Part shown: piece by piece, positions 42,090 through 52,948 of the stretch
Layout: the number at the start of each line of letters is the position of its first letter
Position numbering within the stretch: the stretch's first letter is position 1
Assembly (NCBI GenBank): GCA_965237955.1
Contig: OZ250169.1
Coordinates: forward strand, 3,904,001-3,968,000
Direction of reading: 5' to 3'
DNA length: 64,000 bases
From: Candidatus Marinacidobacterales bacterium
GTDB lineage: Bacteria; Acidobacteriota; Vicinamibacteria; Marinacidobacterales; SMYC01
Made by a program: the position numbers and the translations under genes
The notes under the pieces: generated by a model
The model's database searches: none
Told to the model about the DNA's origin: nothing
What the model saw: only the letters and a program-made list of their open reading frames with translations

Positions 42090-43561
42090 GCTGGGACGGC
42101 AAGAACCCGCATCGCATCGACGCCGAGCTGCCGTCGGGCGCCCTCGTTTCCGGAACCAATACGGCCACGATCGAAAATGTCGGTGACACCGACGCCGCGT
42201 TCTCGGCGTTTTTCCTCGATCGGTTCGAGCTCGCGTATCCACGACTCCTCGCCGCCGAGGTTGGTCAATTCGAAGGTGCCTTCCGAACCGCCGGTACCGC
42301 CACCGTCGCGGGATTGGATGCGAGCGCGCGTGTCGTCGACGTGACCGACTCCAACGCGCCGGTGTGGCTCAGGAACCTGAGCCAGAGTGCGGCAGGTGAG
42401 CTGGCGTTCCGCGTCGAGTCGCACGGTGATTATTTGGCTGCCTCGCCGGAGTCGATTCAAAACCCGACCGTAAGGCGAGCGGCGCGCGCCCTGCTCAAGA
42501 GAGCTCGGCGCGGTGCGGACTACCTACTCATTGGACCGCAAGCGTTTCTCGAAACGGCCGGGCCTCTCGCTGGGCTGCGACGTCGCCAAGGTCTTCGAGT
42601 CAAATTGGTTTCCTTCGAACAGATTCGAGACGAGTTCGGCTACGGTGAGCCGAGACCCGAGGCAATTCGGGATTTTCTCGAGTTCGCGTATCACGAATGG
42701 CGTGCACCGCGACCCCGCTACGTCGTGTTACTTGGCGACGGTACTTACGATTACAAAGACTGGATGGGGATGGGCGTGGCCAACCAGATACCGCCGCTCA
42801 TGGTCGAAACGTCGTTCCTGTGGACGGCGTCGGACCCTACCCTCGCGATGATCGACGGCGACGACATGCTCCCCGATGTCGCCATCGGTCGTTTGCCGGC
42901 AAAGAATGTCGACGAGCTTCGGTTGATGGTGGCGAAGATCCTCGCCTTCGAGAACGGCGACGCGAGCTTCCAAACGAATCCTTTGGTGCTGGTTGCCGAC
43001 AATCCCGACCGGGCCGGTGACTTCGTCGCCAATGCCGATGAGATCGCCGCGTCGGTGCTTCCGAGCGAGCGCGTCGAGAAGGTTTATCTGAGTGAGCTTG
43101 GTACGACGGCGACGCGTGCCGAGATCGTTCGATCCTTCGACGAAGGCGCGTCTCTCGTGAGCTACATTGGCCACGGCGGCATCCACGTGTGGGCCAACGA
43201 GAACATCTTCAATACCGCCGACGTCGAAACGCTGGCGAAGCAATCCCAACAACCCTTCTTCGTCACCATGAACTGCTTGAACGGTTTCTTCCACTTTCCG
43301 TTTTTCGACTCGCTCGCCGAAGGGCTGTTGAAGGCCGAGGGCCGGGGAGCCATCGCCGCGTTCTCGCCAACGGGGCTGAGCCTGAATACACCGGCGCACC
43401 GGTTCCACAAGGCGTTGTTAGCGGCTCTCGTCAATCAGCAGCACGAGCGTTTGGGCGATGCCGTGCTCGCAGCGCAGCAGTCCTACGCCGAGTCAGGAGC
43501 TTTCCCAGAGCTTCTCGCCATCTACCATTTCCTCGGGGATCCGGCCCTCCGCTTGAAATAA
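42090..43561 (+). pseudogene. C25 (gingipain-family) cysteine peptidase, C-terminal portion only
   Basis: ADYLLI, YVVLLGD, VAIGRLP, SYIGHG, MNCLNGFF, FLGDPAL; no start or signal peptide. Confidence 0.85.
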
Positions 43562-43735
43562 TCCGACGCGTTTCGATGGACTCGCGGCGGAGCTCGCCCG
43601 TCTAACGGTGCGGTAATTACATCGTTTACAAACTTCTTGCACCGTCTTAAAGACTTCGCGCTCGCAGGCTGCCACTATGCCCACGAACACTCGCCACAAC
43701 CAGATTGGAGATCATTCGTGAAATAGAAATCGAGC

Positions 43736-44269
43736 TTGAAACCGTGGTTCGTGGGTATCGTCGCTCTCGCCGCTATATCTTTGTCGTTCGGATGTGGAGA
43801 CACCGCCACGTCGAGCGACACCACTGACACTTCCTTCGTCCCGAGCACCGCCGATCCGAGCACGACACTCGGCGTCCAAGCATCGGCGTCGAGCTTTGGC
43901 GAAGGACCGCCGGGCAGACGCCGCGGTGAGGGGCCACCCGAGGAAGCGCTTGCGGCGTGCGCCGACACGATGGTGGGCGAACTGTGCTCGTTCACTGGCC
44001 GGGAAGGCGACAGCCTCAGCGGAACGTGCACCGCAATGCCCGACGATTCCAGCCAGGTGGTGTGCCGCCCGGACGATTGGCCCGGACGCGACCGGCGCGA
44101 TCGACGGGGGCCGCCGGAAGAAGCGCTAGCAGCCTGTGCTGCGCCCAGCTTCGGTGAGGGCGACGAGTGCTTCTTCGAAGCGCCCTTTGGCTCGGTTTCC
44201 GGTTCGTGTCGAACTTCCCGTAACGGCGACGCGCTCGTCTGTTTTCCGTCGGATTGGCCGACGCGATAG
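43736..44269 (+). CDS. Hypothetical lipoprotein with two Cys-rich repeats
   Basis: Lipobox SFGC; GPPEEALAAC...C.F...G.C...VC.P.DWP twice. Confidence 0.7.
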   Translation: MKPWFVGIVALAAISLSFGCGDTATSSDTTDTSFVPSTADPSTTLGVQASASSFGEGPPGRRRGEGPPEEALAACADTMVGELCSFTGREGDSLSGTCTAMPDDSSQVVCRPDDWPGRDRRDRRGPPEEALAACAAPSFGEGDECFFEAPFGSVSGSCRTSRNGDALVCFPSDWPTR

Positions 44270-44284
44270 CAAACGTCGCTTCCC

Positions 44285-44321
44285 GTCTCCCAAATAGGTC
44301 GACTCGGCCTATTTGGGAGAC
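44285..44321. terminator. 14-bp perfect hairpin
   Basis: GTCTCCCAAATAGG-N9-CCTATTTGGGAGAC downstream of the lipoprotein gene. Confidence 0.5.
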
Positions 44322-44416
44322 ATCGGGAGGCGCCAGGAGGTGAAAGACGCGGGTTCTCGGTGGCCTCGGTTTTGCATTTGCAGTAAGGTTCCGATCTGAA
44401 GAGATCGGCGTCGGCC

Positions 44417-45607
44417 ATGACTACTTCCAGAACCTGCATCGCGCTGACCGCATTGCTTTTCGTCTCTGCTCACGCGTGGGCCGCCAAGAAACCCGTCGAT
44501 TTGGTACGTGCGGCCGTGGCTCCGGCCGAAGCGAGGTTGCTGGACATCCAGATTGCGGTCTTCGATCACGCGGACGACTTTTTCCCCGAGGTGAGACGAG
44601 CCGAAGCCCGTTACATTCCCGTGCACCTGAAGCAGACCCTTCAGACTGCCGGCTTTTGGGGAACCGTCCGGGTCGTCCCGGACATCCCGGCCGTCCCGGA
44701 AAGGGGAGAGGTCGACCTCAAGGTATCGGGAGCGGTGCGCGTATCGCATGGAGGTGAGCTGAAGCTCGAGGTCCGCGCCATCGACGCGACCGGCAAGGTG
44801 TGGCTCGACAAGGATTACAAGGCCAAACCCGACGCCAGCGTGTACCTGGACAAGGAATCCGAAGACGACCCCTTCCAGGAGATCTACCACCGGATCGCGA
44901 ACGACCTTTCGAAGAAGCACAAGAAACTGAAGGCCAAGGACGTTGAACGGATCCGCACGGTGTCGCGGCTTAGATTCGCGGCGAACTTGGCACCGGACGC
45001 TTTCGTGGACTATCTCGTCGTGAAGAAGAATCGCGTCGATATCGCGCGGTTACCGTCGCGAGACGACCCGATGATGGAACGCGTGACGCTTGTCCATGAC
45101 CGCAACGGGATGTTCATCGATACCGTCGACTCCTACTACGTGAGCCTTTTCGAGAAGATGCGGGAGTCCTACCGTGGTTGGCGCTCGCAGGACTATTGGC
45201 AGCGCGAGGCGCGGAAAAACGGCCCGCCCACGGCGACCGGCTCCGGTGGTCGTAACGCCCCATGGGGCGTCCTCATTGCCGGTAACGGCGGGACAGGCGG
45301 AACTGGGCCGGGTCAAGGCCTGATCTGTGGAACGCCGCGTCTGTTCGGCAACGGCTCGACGAAAGAAGACGAGAGGCGATGGGAAGAAGAGCGGCGACGA
45401 ACGCACCTCGACGTGCTCAGGGAGCTCGGCGAGTCTTTGGCTGCGGACGTCGCTCCCCTTGTCGTCGAAGTGGAAGGCAACGTGACCCAACTCACCGGCT
45501 CGGTCGAAGTGCAGTACGCCAAGTGGCGCACCTTGCTGAGAGAAATCTTCGCCGCCGAGACCGGCCTTGCCGTTTTGTCATCGGCAAAAAAAACCAGCAG
45601 GAATTAG
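44417..45607 (+). CDS. Hypothetical exported protein
   Basis: Signal peptide (SAHAWA); 396-aa uninterrupted ORF. Confidence 0.75.
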   Translation: MTTSRTCIALTALLFVSAHAWAAKKPVDLVRAAVAPAEARLLDIQIAVFDHADDFFPEVRRAEARYIPVHLKQTLQTAGFWGTVRVVPDIPAVPERGEVDLKVSGAVRVSHGGELKLEVRAIDATGKVWLDKDYKAKPDASVYLDKESEDDPFQEIYHRIANDLSKKHKKLKAKDVERIRTVSRLRFAANLAPDAFVDYLVVKKNRVDIARLPSRDDPMMERVTLVHDRNGMFIDTVDSYYVSLFEKMRESYRGWRSQDYWQREARKNGPPTATGSGGRNAPWGVLIAGNGGTGGTGPGQGLICGTPRLFGNGSTKEDERRWEEERRRTHLDVLRELGESLAADVAPLVVEVEGNVTQLTGSVEVQYAKWRTLLREIFAAETGLAVLSSAKKTSRN

Positions 45608-45812
45608 CCTCTCCCCGATCCTCAACCTTGCGCGTTGTCTCCAGAATGTCGTGGTGGTTACCACGGCTGTCTACATTATCTATAAGGGGTACTAAGTGGC
45701 TTTGGGTTGTCGACAAAGGCTGCCGGGCGGCTGTTCTGAGCCAGGTCTTTGTGAAAGGTCTCAATATGCACAAGAAGCCGATCTGCTACGGTTTGATTGT
45801 CGCTTAACACAT

Positions 45813-46660
45813 TTAGTGGTAGAAGAAGACTTTGTGAGGACTTCTGCCTTTTCCGGACAATACGGGCCAGATGTCCTTGCCGTCGATCACTCGATCGCTC
45901 GGAAATTTCGCACCCGCCAGCTTTGCGACGGTGGGCAGCAGATCCATGGCAGTCACCAGCTCATCGCTCACGGTGCCGGCAGGAACCCGGCCAGGCCAGC
46001 GGACAACCGTCGGTTCACGCATCCCGCCCTCGAATGTGCTGCCCTTGCGGCCCTTCAACGGTTTGGCACTTCCTATCGCCGGGCCGTTGTCCGAAGTGAA
46101 GATCACGAGAGTGTTGCCATCGAGTCCTTGCTGTTTCAACGTGCCGAGAATTTGACCGACCGACCAGTCAATTTCGTTGATCGCCTGTCGGAAGAGTTTG
46201 TCGCGGGCCGCGTAATTGACGGGAATCGGATGAGGGATGTACAGGAAGAACGGGTGCTCTTTGTTCTTCTCGATAAATCGTACTGCGCGCTGCGTGATGC
46301 GTTTGGTCAGAGAGTCAGCGTCGGGATCCATTTCGATCACCTTCTCGCCGTCCAACAGTGGCAACGGCGGGAACGTGAATCGACTCTGATTCGGATGAAA
46401 CGGATGAATGTCGTGGCTGTAGGGAATGCCGAAATATTCGTCGAACCCCTGTCGGGTCGGGAGGAACTCGGGCTGGTCACCAAGATGCCACTTGAGTCCC
46501 TTTCTGTCCCCCGCAAGCAACACTGCGAAGTTGGAGCCCGTCGCCATATCGATTCGTTTGGGATAGCAACCGGTCATCAAGGCTGCGCGAGAGGGCGTAC
46601 AGACTGGCGCCGCCACATAGAAACTGGTCAGTTTCATCCCTTCCTCGGCCATGCGGTCGA
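45813..46660 (-). pseudogene. Arylsulfatase remnant with internal deletions
   Basis: CTPSRAALMTG, KWHLG, FTSDNG, EGGMREP; both termini missing. Confidence 0.85.
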
Positions 46661-46711
46661 TGGGGGTGTACTCACATATCAGCGATGTTAAAACTTCAGG
46701 ATAGAATATTG

Positions 46712-46740
46712 GCCTCTCCTGCTATTTCAGTGGACCCCGT
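46712..46740 (-). mobile_element. Isolated ISL3 terminal IR
   Basis: GCCTCTCCTGCTATTTCAGTGGA matches the reverse complement of the ISL3 right end (1 mismatch). Confidence 0.65.
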
Positions 46741-47095
46741 CGAGCTCAGGATCTGCACAACTTGGTGGCAAGCACGAGTAGCAAGAAGGTGGAAGAGGAG
46801 TTAGAGTCTCAACAGTAAGATGAGAGGACCTGCAATGATCAAAACGAAACGAAATCGTATCGGAAACGTTGCTTTGCTAACAGGCATCCTGACTTGCCTG
46901 ATTTGCTGGCAGAACAGCTATCTTTTAGCTCAGCAGAAGGTGGAGGAAGAGACCTCTGATAAGCCCGTTGAATTGAGAGCGCCATCGGTGACCGAGCAGA
47001 CCATTACAGTGGATGGGAAATCCATAAACTACACGGCCACCGTAGGCTACATGATTCAAACGGATGCAGATGGCAAGACCATTGGTTACTTTTTT

Positions 47096-48814
47096 GGTTC
47101 TCCTGTCGTTTCGGGGGATCTGATTTGTGTTGGAGGGCATGGCCTATGGACGCTGCCGCGATTGTGGAAAACGCCGGAAACTCCGGGCGAGAGAGGCGTT
47201 TAGGGAAAGGTTGTGAGCACGTACAAACGTGGAGCGGCGTTTTCCACAATCGCTTGGAAAACGCTTCGCGTTTCCCACGAGCGCCCACAGGCCCCTCCTG
47301 ATATATATACAAGAAAGATTAATTCATATGGGATAAGGAAGGGGGGGCTCGATTAGTGGAGGCTATGGAAAACGCCCTTCCAGGCTTCGAAGAGAACTCA
47401 GTCGTGAGCAAGGTCTGAACGACCAGAACCGTGGGGGCGTTTCCCACAGCCTTGTCTCCCGCTGAGGGGCAGTGGCATTTGGTGAGGCCCGTGGGTTGAG
47501 AGGGTAAGCCATGTGTAGATGCGCATCGGCGAGAACGCTAGAATCTTTTTTTCCGAAAGAGAAAAGAGCGTTCCCGCGATGCGCGTTACTACGTTAGTCA
47601 ACAAGCTCATCGGATTGCAAGGCCTGTGGGTCCGAGGTTTCCACTTCCAGGCGGACAAAGCCAGAGTGGTGGTGGATGTAGTACCACGGAGGAGGAAGCC
47701 TCTGTGCGGGATTTGCGGACGAAAGGTCCGCAAGAACAAAGATCGCTACAATCGCTACTGGCGGCACTTGGACCTGTTCGGAGTCCGGACCTATCTTCGC
47801 TACTCGATCCGACGAGTGGTATGTCGGCGGTGTGGAGTGGTCAGAGAAAAGGTGCCTTGGGCCGACAAGGGAAGCCGCTTTACCAAAAGCTTCGAACAAG
47901 AGGTAGCGTGGCTGGCACAGAGGACGGACGTCAGCGCCGTAGCGAACTATTTCCGAGTGACGTGGCGTTCGGTGCGACGGATCATCCAGCGAGTGGTTGC
48001 CGAGCAGCGGGATGAGCGGCGCGAGCTCGATGGATTGCGGGTGATTGGGATGGACGAGATCAGCTACCGCAAACGCCACAAGTACTTAACAGTGGTAATA
48101 GACCATCTCAGCGGCCGGGTCGTCTGGGCGGGAAAGGAGCGCAAGGCCAAGACGCTGCTGCGGTTTTTCCGCAAGCTCGGACCACAAAGAGCCGCGGAGC
48201 TCGAAGCGGTCAGCATGGACATGTGGGAGCCGTACATAACTGTCGTCGGCAAAAAGGCTCCTCAGGCACGGGTGATCTTTGACCGCTTCCACATCGTCAA
48301 GCATCTGAACGAGGCCGTGGATAAGACCCGGCGCGAGCTGGTGCGCGAGCTCAAAGGGACTGCCCGGCGCAACCTCAAGAACACCAAGTTTCCCCTTCTC
48401 AAGGCCAAACACAACCGCAGCGCGAAAGACAAACGGGTGCTCCGCGAGCAGGTGCGAGCTAATCGTCGCCTCTACCGCGCCATGCTTCTGCGCGACGACT
48501 TCATGGACCTCTACACCTACAAAACCGAGACATGGGCCAAGAAGTTTCTCCGAGGATGGCTGCGGCGCGCTATGAGCTCGAGGATAGAGCCCGTCAAACG
48601 CGCGGCGAAGATGATCCGCAGCCACTTCGATGGCGTCATCGCGTGGGTCACGTGGAGACTCAGCAACGGCCGACTCGAAGGAATGAACAACAAAATCCGG
48701 CTGCTGAGCCACCGCAGCTTTGGACTCCACTCTGCCGAAGCTCTCATCAGTCTCGTCTACCTAAACTGTGGCGGTCTCACCCTCGAGAGGATCCACTGAA
48801 ATGGCAGGAGAGGC
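47096..48814 (+). mobile_element. ISL3-family insertion sequence
   Basis: IRs GGTTCTCCTGTCGTTTC / GCCTCTCCTGCCATTTC; 8-bp TSD ACTTTTTT at 47088-47095 and 48815-48822. Confidence 0.93.
47579..48799 (+). CDS. ISL3 transposase
   Basis: Zn finger, IGMDE, VSMDMW, FDRFHIV, SNGRLEGMNNKI; start approximate. Confidence 0.93.
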   Translation: MRVTTLVNKLIGLQGLWVRGFHFQADKARVVVDVVPRRRKPLCGICGRKVRKNKDRYNRYWRHLDLFGVRTYLRYSIRRVVCRRCGVVREKVPWADKGSRFTKSFEQEVAWLAQRTDVSAVANYFRVTWRSVRRIIQRVVAEQRDERRELDGLRVIGMDEISYRKRHKYLTVVIDHLSGRVVWAGKERKAKTLLRFFRKLGPQRAAELEAVSMDMWEPYITVVGKKAPQARVIFDRFHIVKHLNEAVDKTRRELVRELKGTARRNLKNTKFPLLKAKHNRSAKDKRVLREQVRANRRLYRAMLLRDDFMDLYTYKTETWAKKFLRGWLRRAMSSRIEPVKRAAKMIRSHFDGVIAWVTWRLSNGRLEGMNNKIRLLSHRSFGLHSAEALISLVYLNCGGLTLERIH

Positions 48815-50156
48815 ACTTTTTTTACACTGCATACACCAAGCAAGGTGAAGATTCCGTTTCTCGTCCGTTGACTTTCTGCTTCAACGGCGGACCGGGAACC
48901 TCTTCGATCTACCTCCACATGCTGACCATCGGGCCCCAAAGGCCGTGCTTCTGAAGACGGCAATACTGCGGCACCGCCACCCCGTCTGGTGGACAATGTG
49001 GATACATGGCTTGGCTTCACCGATCTGGTGTTCATCGATCCCATAGGCACAGGGTTCAGTTTTCCCCATCCGGGAGCGGACACCAAGCAATTCTTCGGTA
49101 CTGCAGCGGATGCCGAGTCCGTTGGCGATTTCATTCGCATGTACATCACCGAGAACGCTCGCTGGCTGTCGCCGATTTTCGTGGCCGGTGAGAGTTATGG
49201 TGGCATTCGCGGGGTCCTGCTTGCGGAAGAGTTACAGAACAGTCGTCGCATCAAATTGAATGTCAACGGTCTCATCTTTATCGCGCCCGCTTACGATTTT
49301 CAGAGTCTGGGAACGAGCAGGCACAATCCCATGTACCTCTCACAGTATGTTTCGACGTACGCGACGACCGCCTGGTACCACAAGAAGCTGGACGACGACT
49401 TGCAGGCGGATTTCGACCAACTGGTCAAGGAAGTGACGACATGGGCCAGCGAAAATTATCTGGTGGCGCTTGTCAAAGGCGACAAGCTCGAGGAGTCCAA
49501 GAAGAAAGAGATCGCCGGCCAGATGGCCCGCTACACGGGACTGTCCGAAGATTACATTCTGCAGAAGAACCTTCGAATCACTTCCCCGGAATTCAGAGAA
49601 GAACTTCTGCGCGACAAAGGCATGAGTCTGCACCGGACGGATGCTCGATTCGAACTCGGAGCCTATGATTTGGCGAGGACTCTATCGCCAGTGTTGAACC
49701 ACTACGTCAGGGCCGTCCTCGGGTACGACACGATCAAACCGTACCTCGTCAGCGGTAATGTTCAACCATGGGCATGGGGCGGAAAACCTTCTCCGTTCTC
49801 GGTCGTGCCCAACCTGAGTGAAGCAATGAAGAACAACAGGAATATGAAGGTCTTCGTCGCTGCGGGATACTACGACCATGCCTGTCCCTTCGCGACCATC
49901 GACTATGCGCTCGATCAACTGCTCCTTACCCCTGAGTTGCAACGAAACATCAGTCGTCGCTACTACCAAGCCGGCCACATGGTCTATACACCTCAGTTCG
50001 AGTTGACGAGATTCACCGAAGACGTGAAGGAATTCATCGTGGATGCTGCAACGCCCGGCGCACACGCAGCACCTACGACGGCCAGCGTGGTCCGACATCG
50101 AGACTGACCGTACTAGCTCTTTCGGCGGCGGAGGTAAGCGCTCGCACCCGCGGCGG

Positions 50157-50436
50157 TCAGGACGCACAGGGGGCGAAGAGCGCTCCGGGCAGTGCCGTTT
50201 GGGGGCTGAAGTGCTCGAGAGCTAGAGCCACGCCCAGGCCGGCGTTTTGCATGCCAATCTCGATGGCGAGCGTCAGCTGGTGTCGCCGGTCGAATCGGTA
50301 GAGCTTTGCAAGGTGCCAGCCCACGGTGTATCCCAAGGCGTTCACGACCACGACCAGGGAAGACCGACGGGCCCACCGTGGCAATACGGGGCTGGTTTGC
50401 GGCAACGGCGTAGGAGCAGAGGACAATGATGGCCAC
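50157..50436 (-). pseudogene. Bile acid:sodium symporter C-terminal fragment
   Basis: NALGY, TLAIEIGMQNAGLG, TALPGALF. Confidence 0.8.
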
Positions 50437-50562
50437 TGCGGCAACGGCCGGGCATATGCGCTCGGCCGTTCGGGTATGTCGCCCCCGTCTCTATGGAGAT
50501 GCCTACCAACATGCGCTATAACCCTCGGAGTGTAACCGTGTCGCTGTTTCGTGGGCAACGGG

Positions 50563-50579
50563 TTGGCACGAGATTTGTA
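50563..50579 (+). promoter_or_regulatory. Sigma-54-like -24/-12 promoter
   Basis: TTGGCACGAGATTTGTA vs consensus TGGCAC-N5-TTGC; the -12 C is mismatched. Confidence 0.45.
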
Positions 50580-50603
50580 TCAGGCATATGCGAGGAGGTT
50601 TGT

Positions 50604-50927
50604 ATGAGACATTCCAGCGCACGGAAGCAGTTGACGGCTCGCCTCGAGCAGCTTCTCCCACAGATTGGGAAGATCGAGGCGCATTTGGCAAATCCTCTCG
50701 AAAAAGACTCTCAAGAGCGCTCCTTACAGCTTGAAAACGACGAGGTGCTCGGCGCTCTCGACGAGGCGGGGCGCCGGGAGCTCCTTCAAATTCGCGGCGC
50801 ACTGCAGCGGCTGGACGATGGAACGTACGGCACTTGCGGTCGATGCGGTGAGTCCATCTCCACCGCGCGATTGAAAGCACTTCCATCGGCCGAGCATTGC
50901 ATCCAATGTGCTGAGGCAGAGTCCTGA
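50604..50927 (+). CDS. TraR/DksA C4 zinc-finger protein
   Basis: RBS GAGGAGG; GTYGTCGRCGESISTARLKALP...CIQC. Confidence 0.9.
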   Translation: MRHSSARKQLTARLEQLLPQIGKIEAHLANPLEKDSQERSLQLENDEVLGALDEAGRRELLQIRGALQRLDDGTYGTCGRCGESISTARLKALPSAEHCIQCAEAES

Positions 50928-51134
50928 GCTTCCAGCTATTGCTGTTGCGAGCGTATTGTTTCGTAGCGGTCATGCAGAAACGTCACGAGATCGAGAAGTT
51001 GCTGGACGACTCCTATTCCAAAGAACGTGCCAGGCGGACGGGTGGCAGCGAAGGCACTGCAGGTCGAAGGGACCGGGGTTGTGCTGATCGAGATCTCTAG
51101 GCGCGGAGCCTCGTTGACGCTATTGGGTGACTGC

Positions 51135-52937
51135 CTAACAGCTCACGCAGTTGTTGTTGTTCGTCGCGCCGAGGCCGACCAAGAGCGCAATCGTCTCCGG
51201 GAACGGTTGCACGCGTTGAACGGGGCCGTTGGCCATGTCGGCGGTCGTCTGCCCGTTCCGGGCCACAGCCGTGGGATCGGCGCCTTTCGATACCAAGTAC
51301 TCGATGAGCTCGTTGTCGCCACGAGCGGCTGCGTGGTGGATAGGGTTGTAGCCTTTGTAGTCCCTTGCGTTGACGTCGGCGCCGAGCTCTTCCACGAGGA
51401 ATTTGACCGCGGGGAGCCATCCGTCGGGGACGTGACGGTGGGAGTTTCCGGCATAGCCTTGACCGTGGCCGACGCCCGAGGCTGCATGGATCGGATAAAC
51501 GGCCGGCTCGCCGATGGGAACGGGCGGTAGACCGGAGGTGTCGATATCCTCGGCCTGTTCGGGCCGTCGCTGTTCAGGCACGTTGATGGTAGGGAGATTT
51601 CGATCGGCGCCGTAGGCGAGAAGAAGGCGCATGGCGTCGATGTCGAGCGCATGGGCCGCGCGCCAGAAAGGTGTCGCGCCCGCCCGGTTCACACCCAGGA
51701 GGTCACGATTGTAGGTCGTGTACCAAAGCGTTTTCTCGAGCCGCGGGTTCGGTTCGACTCCAGCTTTCAGGAGCGTCTCCATGACTTCCAGGTACGAAGT
51801 TTCCTGTTGCTGATACGCGACCGGTTGAGGATGTCGCGCTTTCGGTGCCCAATGCATGTTCAGGGCGGCATAGAGCGGCGTTGCTCCGGCGGCGCTCGCC
51901 ACGGTCGGATCCGCCCCGCGCTCGAACAAAAGCATGGCCAAGTCGAAGTGACCGTTGATCATCGCGATGAGCATCGGGCTGGTGTTGTCCGCCGCGCTCA
52001 CTTGGTTGATGTCCGCGCCACCCTGGGACGATATCAGTGCCAGTGCCGCCTCGGTGTGGCCTTCTCGGGCGGCCAGCAGAAGAGGTGTCAGACCACCGTG
52101 CGTCGCGACGAGGTCGGCGTAGTTCAGAGGTACGGGCTCGCCTCCGCGCCGGAGCGCCTCGTCACGGTCCTCCGGTTCTTCCTGGGTTGGCTGGGTTGGC
52201 TGGGTTGGTTTCGCAGGCTCGCTCGACTGCTTCTCGGGCTCGGGCTCTCGTTGCGAGGCCTTCTCCGCCGCCCGAAGTCGAGCGACGCGCCGAGCGATGC
52301 GCTTCGTCCGCTCCCGACGCTCCAGTGCATCTTCTTTATCGCGCGTGACGATGTCGACCACCTTCGCGCTCATCGAGGGGTCCGCGCCGTTTTCGAGCAG
52401 CACGGCGATGACCTCGGCGCGACCCGATGCGGCTGCGAACATCAACGGCGTTTGTCCCCACTGAGGCTCTCGAGAATCCGCCTCGGCGTCATGTTCCAGC
52501 AACGCGATCACCGCCTCGGCACTTCCCGAGGCAGCCGCGAAGTGAAGCGGTGTGGCTCCCGCGGTCGTCGTTGCGGTCGCATCGCTCCCGGCCTCGAGAA
52601 GAATCTCGACCACCGGCCCTCGTCCCGCTTTGGCAGCGACGTGAAGCGGCGTGTGCGCGCCGATGCGCGTCGTCGCTTCGAAGTCCGCTCCCCCGGCAAT
52701 GAGAAGCTCCGCCATCTCCGTGTTGCCGGCACTAGCCGCCCAATGAAGGCCGGTCATGCCATCGCCGAACGCGGTATCCACATCCGCGGATCGCGCGAGC
52801 AACGTACGGACCTTTTCGAGGTCTCCTTGTTTCGCCGCGTCCGCCACGGATTCCGGCGCGGCCACGATCGAGGCCGTCCCCGCGTAAAACAGTGCCGCCA
52901 GGGACAAGAACAAGGGGCGGCTCGCGGGCTTTCGCAT
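51135..52937 (-). CDS. Ankyrin-repeat exported protein
   Basis: Multiple TPLH/TPLM..AA..G repeats; signal peptide. Confidence 0.92.
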   Translation of the reverse strand: MRKPASRPLFLSLAALFYAGTASIVAAPESVADAAKQGDLEKVRTLLARSADVDTAFGDGMTGLHWAASAGNTEMAELLIAGGADFEATTRIGAHTPLHVAAKAGRGPVVEILLEAGSDATATTTAGATPLHFAAASGSAEAVIALLEHDAEADSREPQWGQTPLMFAAASGRAEVIAVLLENGADPSMSAKVVDIVTRDKEDALERRERTKRIARRVARLRAAEKASQREPEPEKQSSEPAKPTQPTQPTQEEPEDRDEALRRGGEPVPLNYADLVATHGGLTPLLLAAREGHTEAALALISSQGGADINQVSAADNTSPMLIAMINGHFDLAMLLFERGADPTVASAAGATPLYAALNMHWAPKARHPQPVAYQQQETSYLEVMETLLKAGVEPNPRLEKTLWYTTYNRDLLGVNRAGATPFWRAAHALDIDAMRLLLAYGADRNLPTINVPEQRRPEQAEDIDTSGLPPVPIGEPAVYPIHAASGVGHGQGYAGNSHRHVPDGWLPAVKFLVEELGADVNARDYKGYNPIHHAAARGDNELIEYLVSKGADPTAVARNGQTTADMANGPVQRVQPFPETIALLVGLGATNNNNCVSC

Positions 52938-52948
52938 GACTCGCTCCT

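Larger units (their letters stand above)
46820..50107 (+). pseudogene. S10 serine carboxypeptidase interrupted by ISL3 (plus frameshift ~48940)
   Basis: Rejoins as IGYFFYTAYTK; FNGGPG, FIDPIGTGFS, GESYGG, AGHMVY. Confidence 0.9.

Noticed and set aside
52170-52240. Short tandem repeat (GGGTTGGCT)
   Set aside because: Encodes the PTQ linker of the ankyrin protein.
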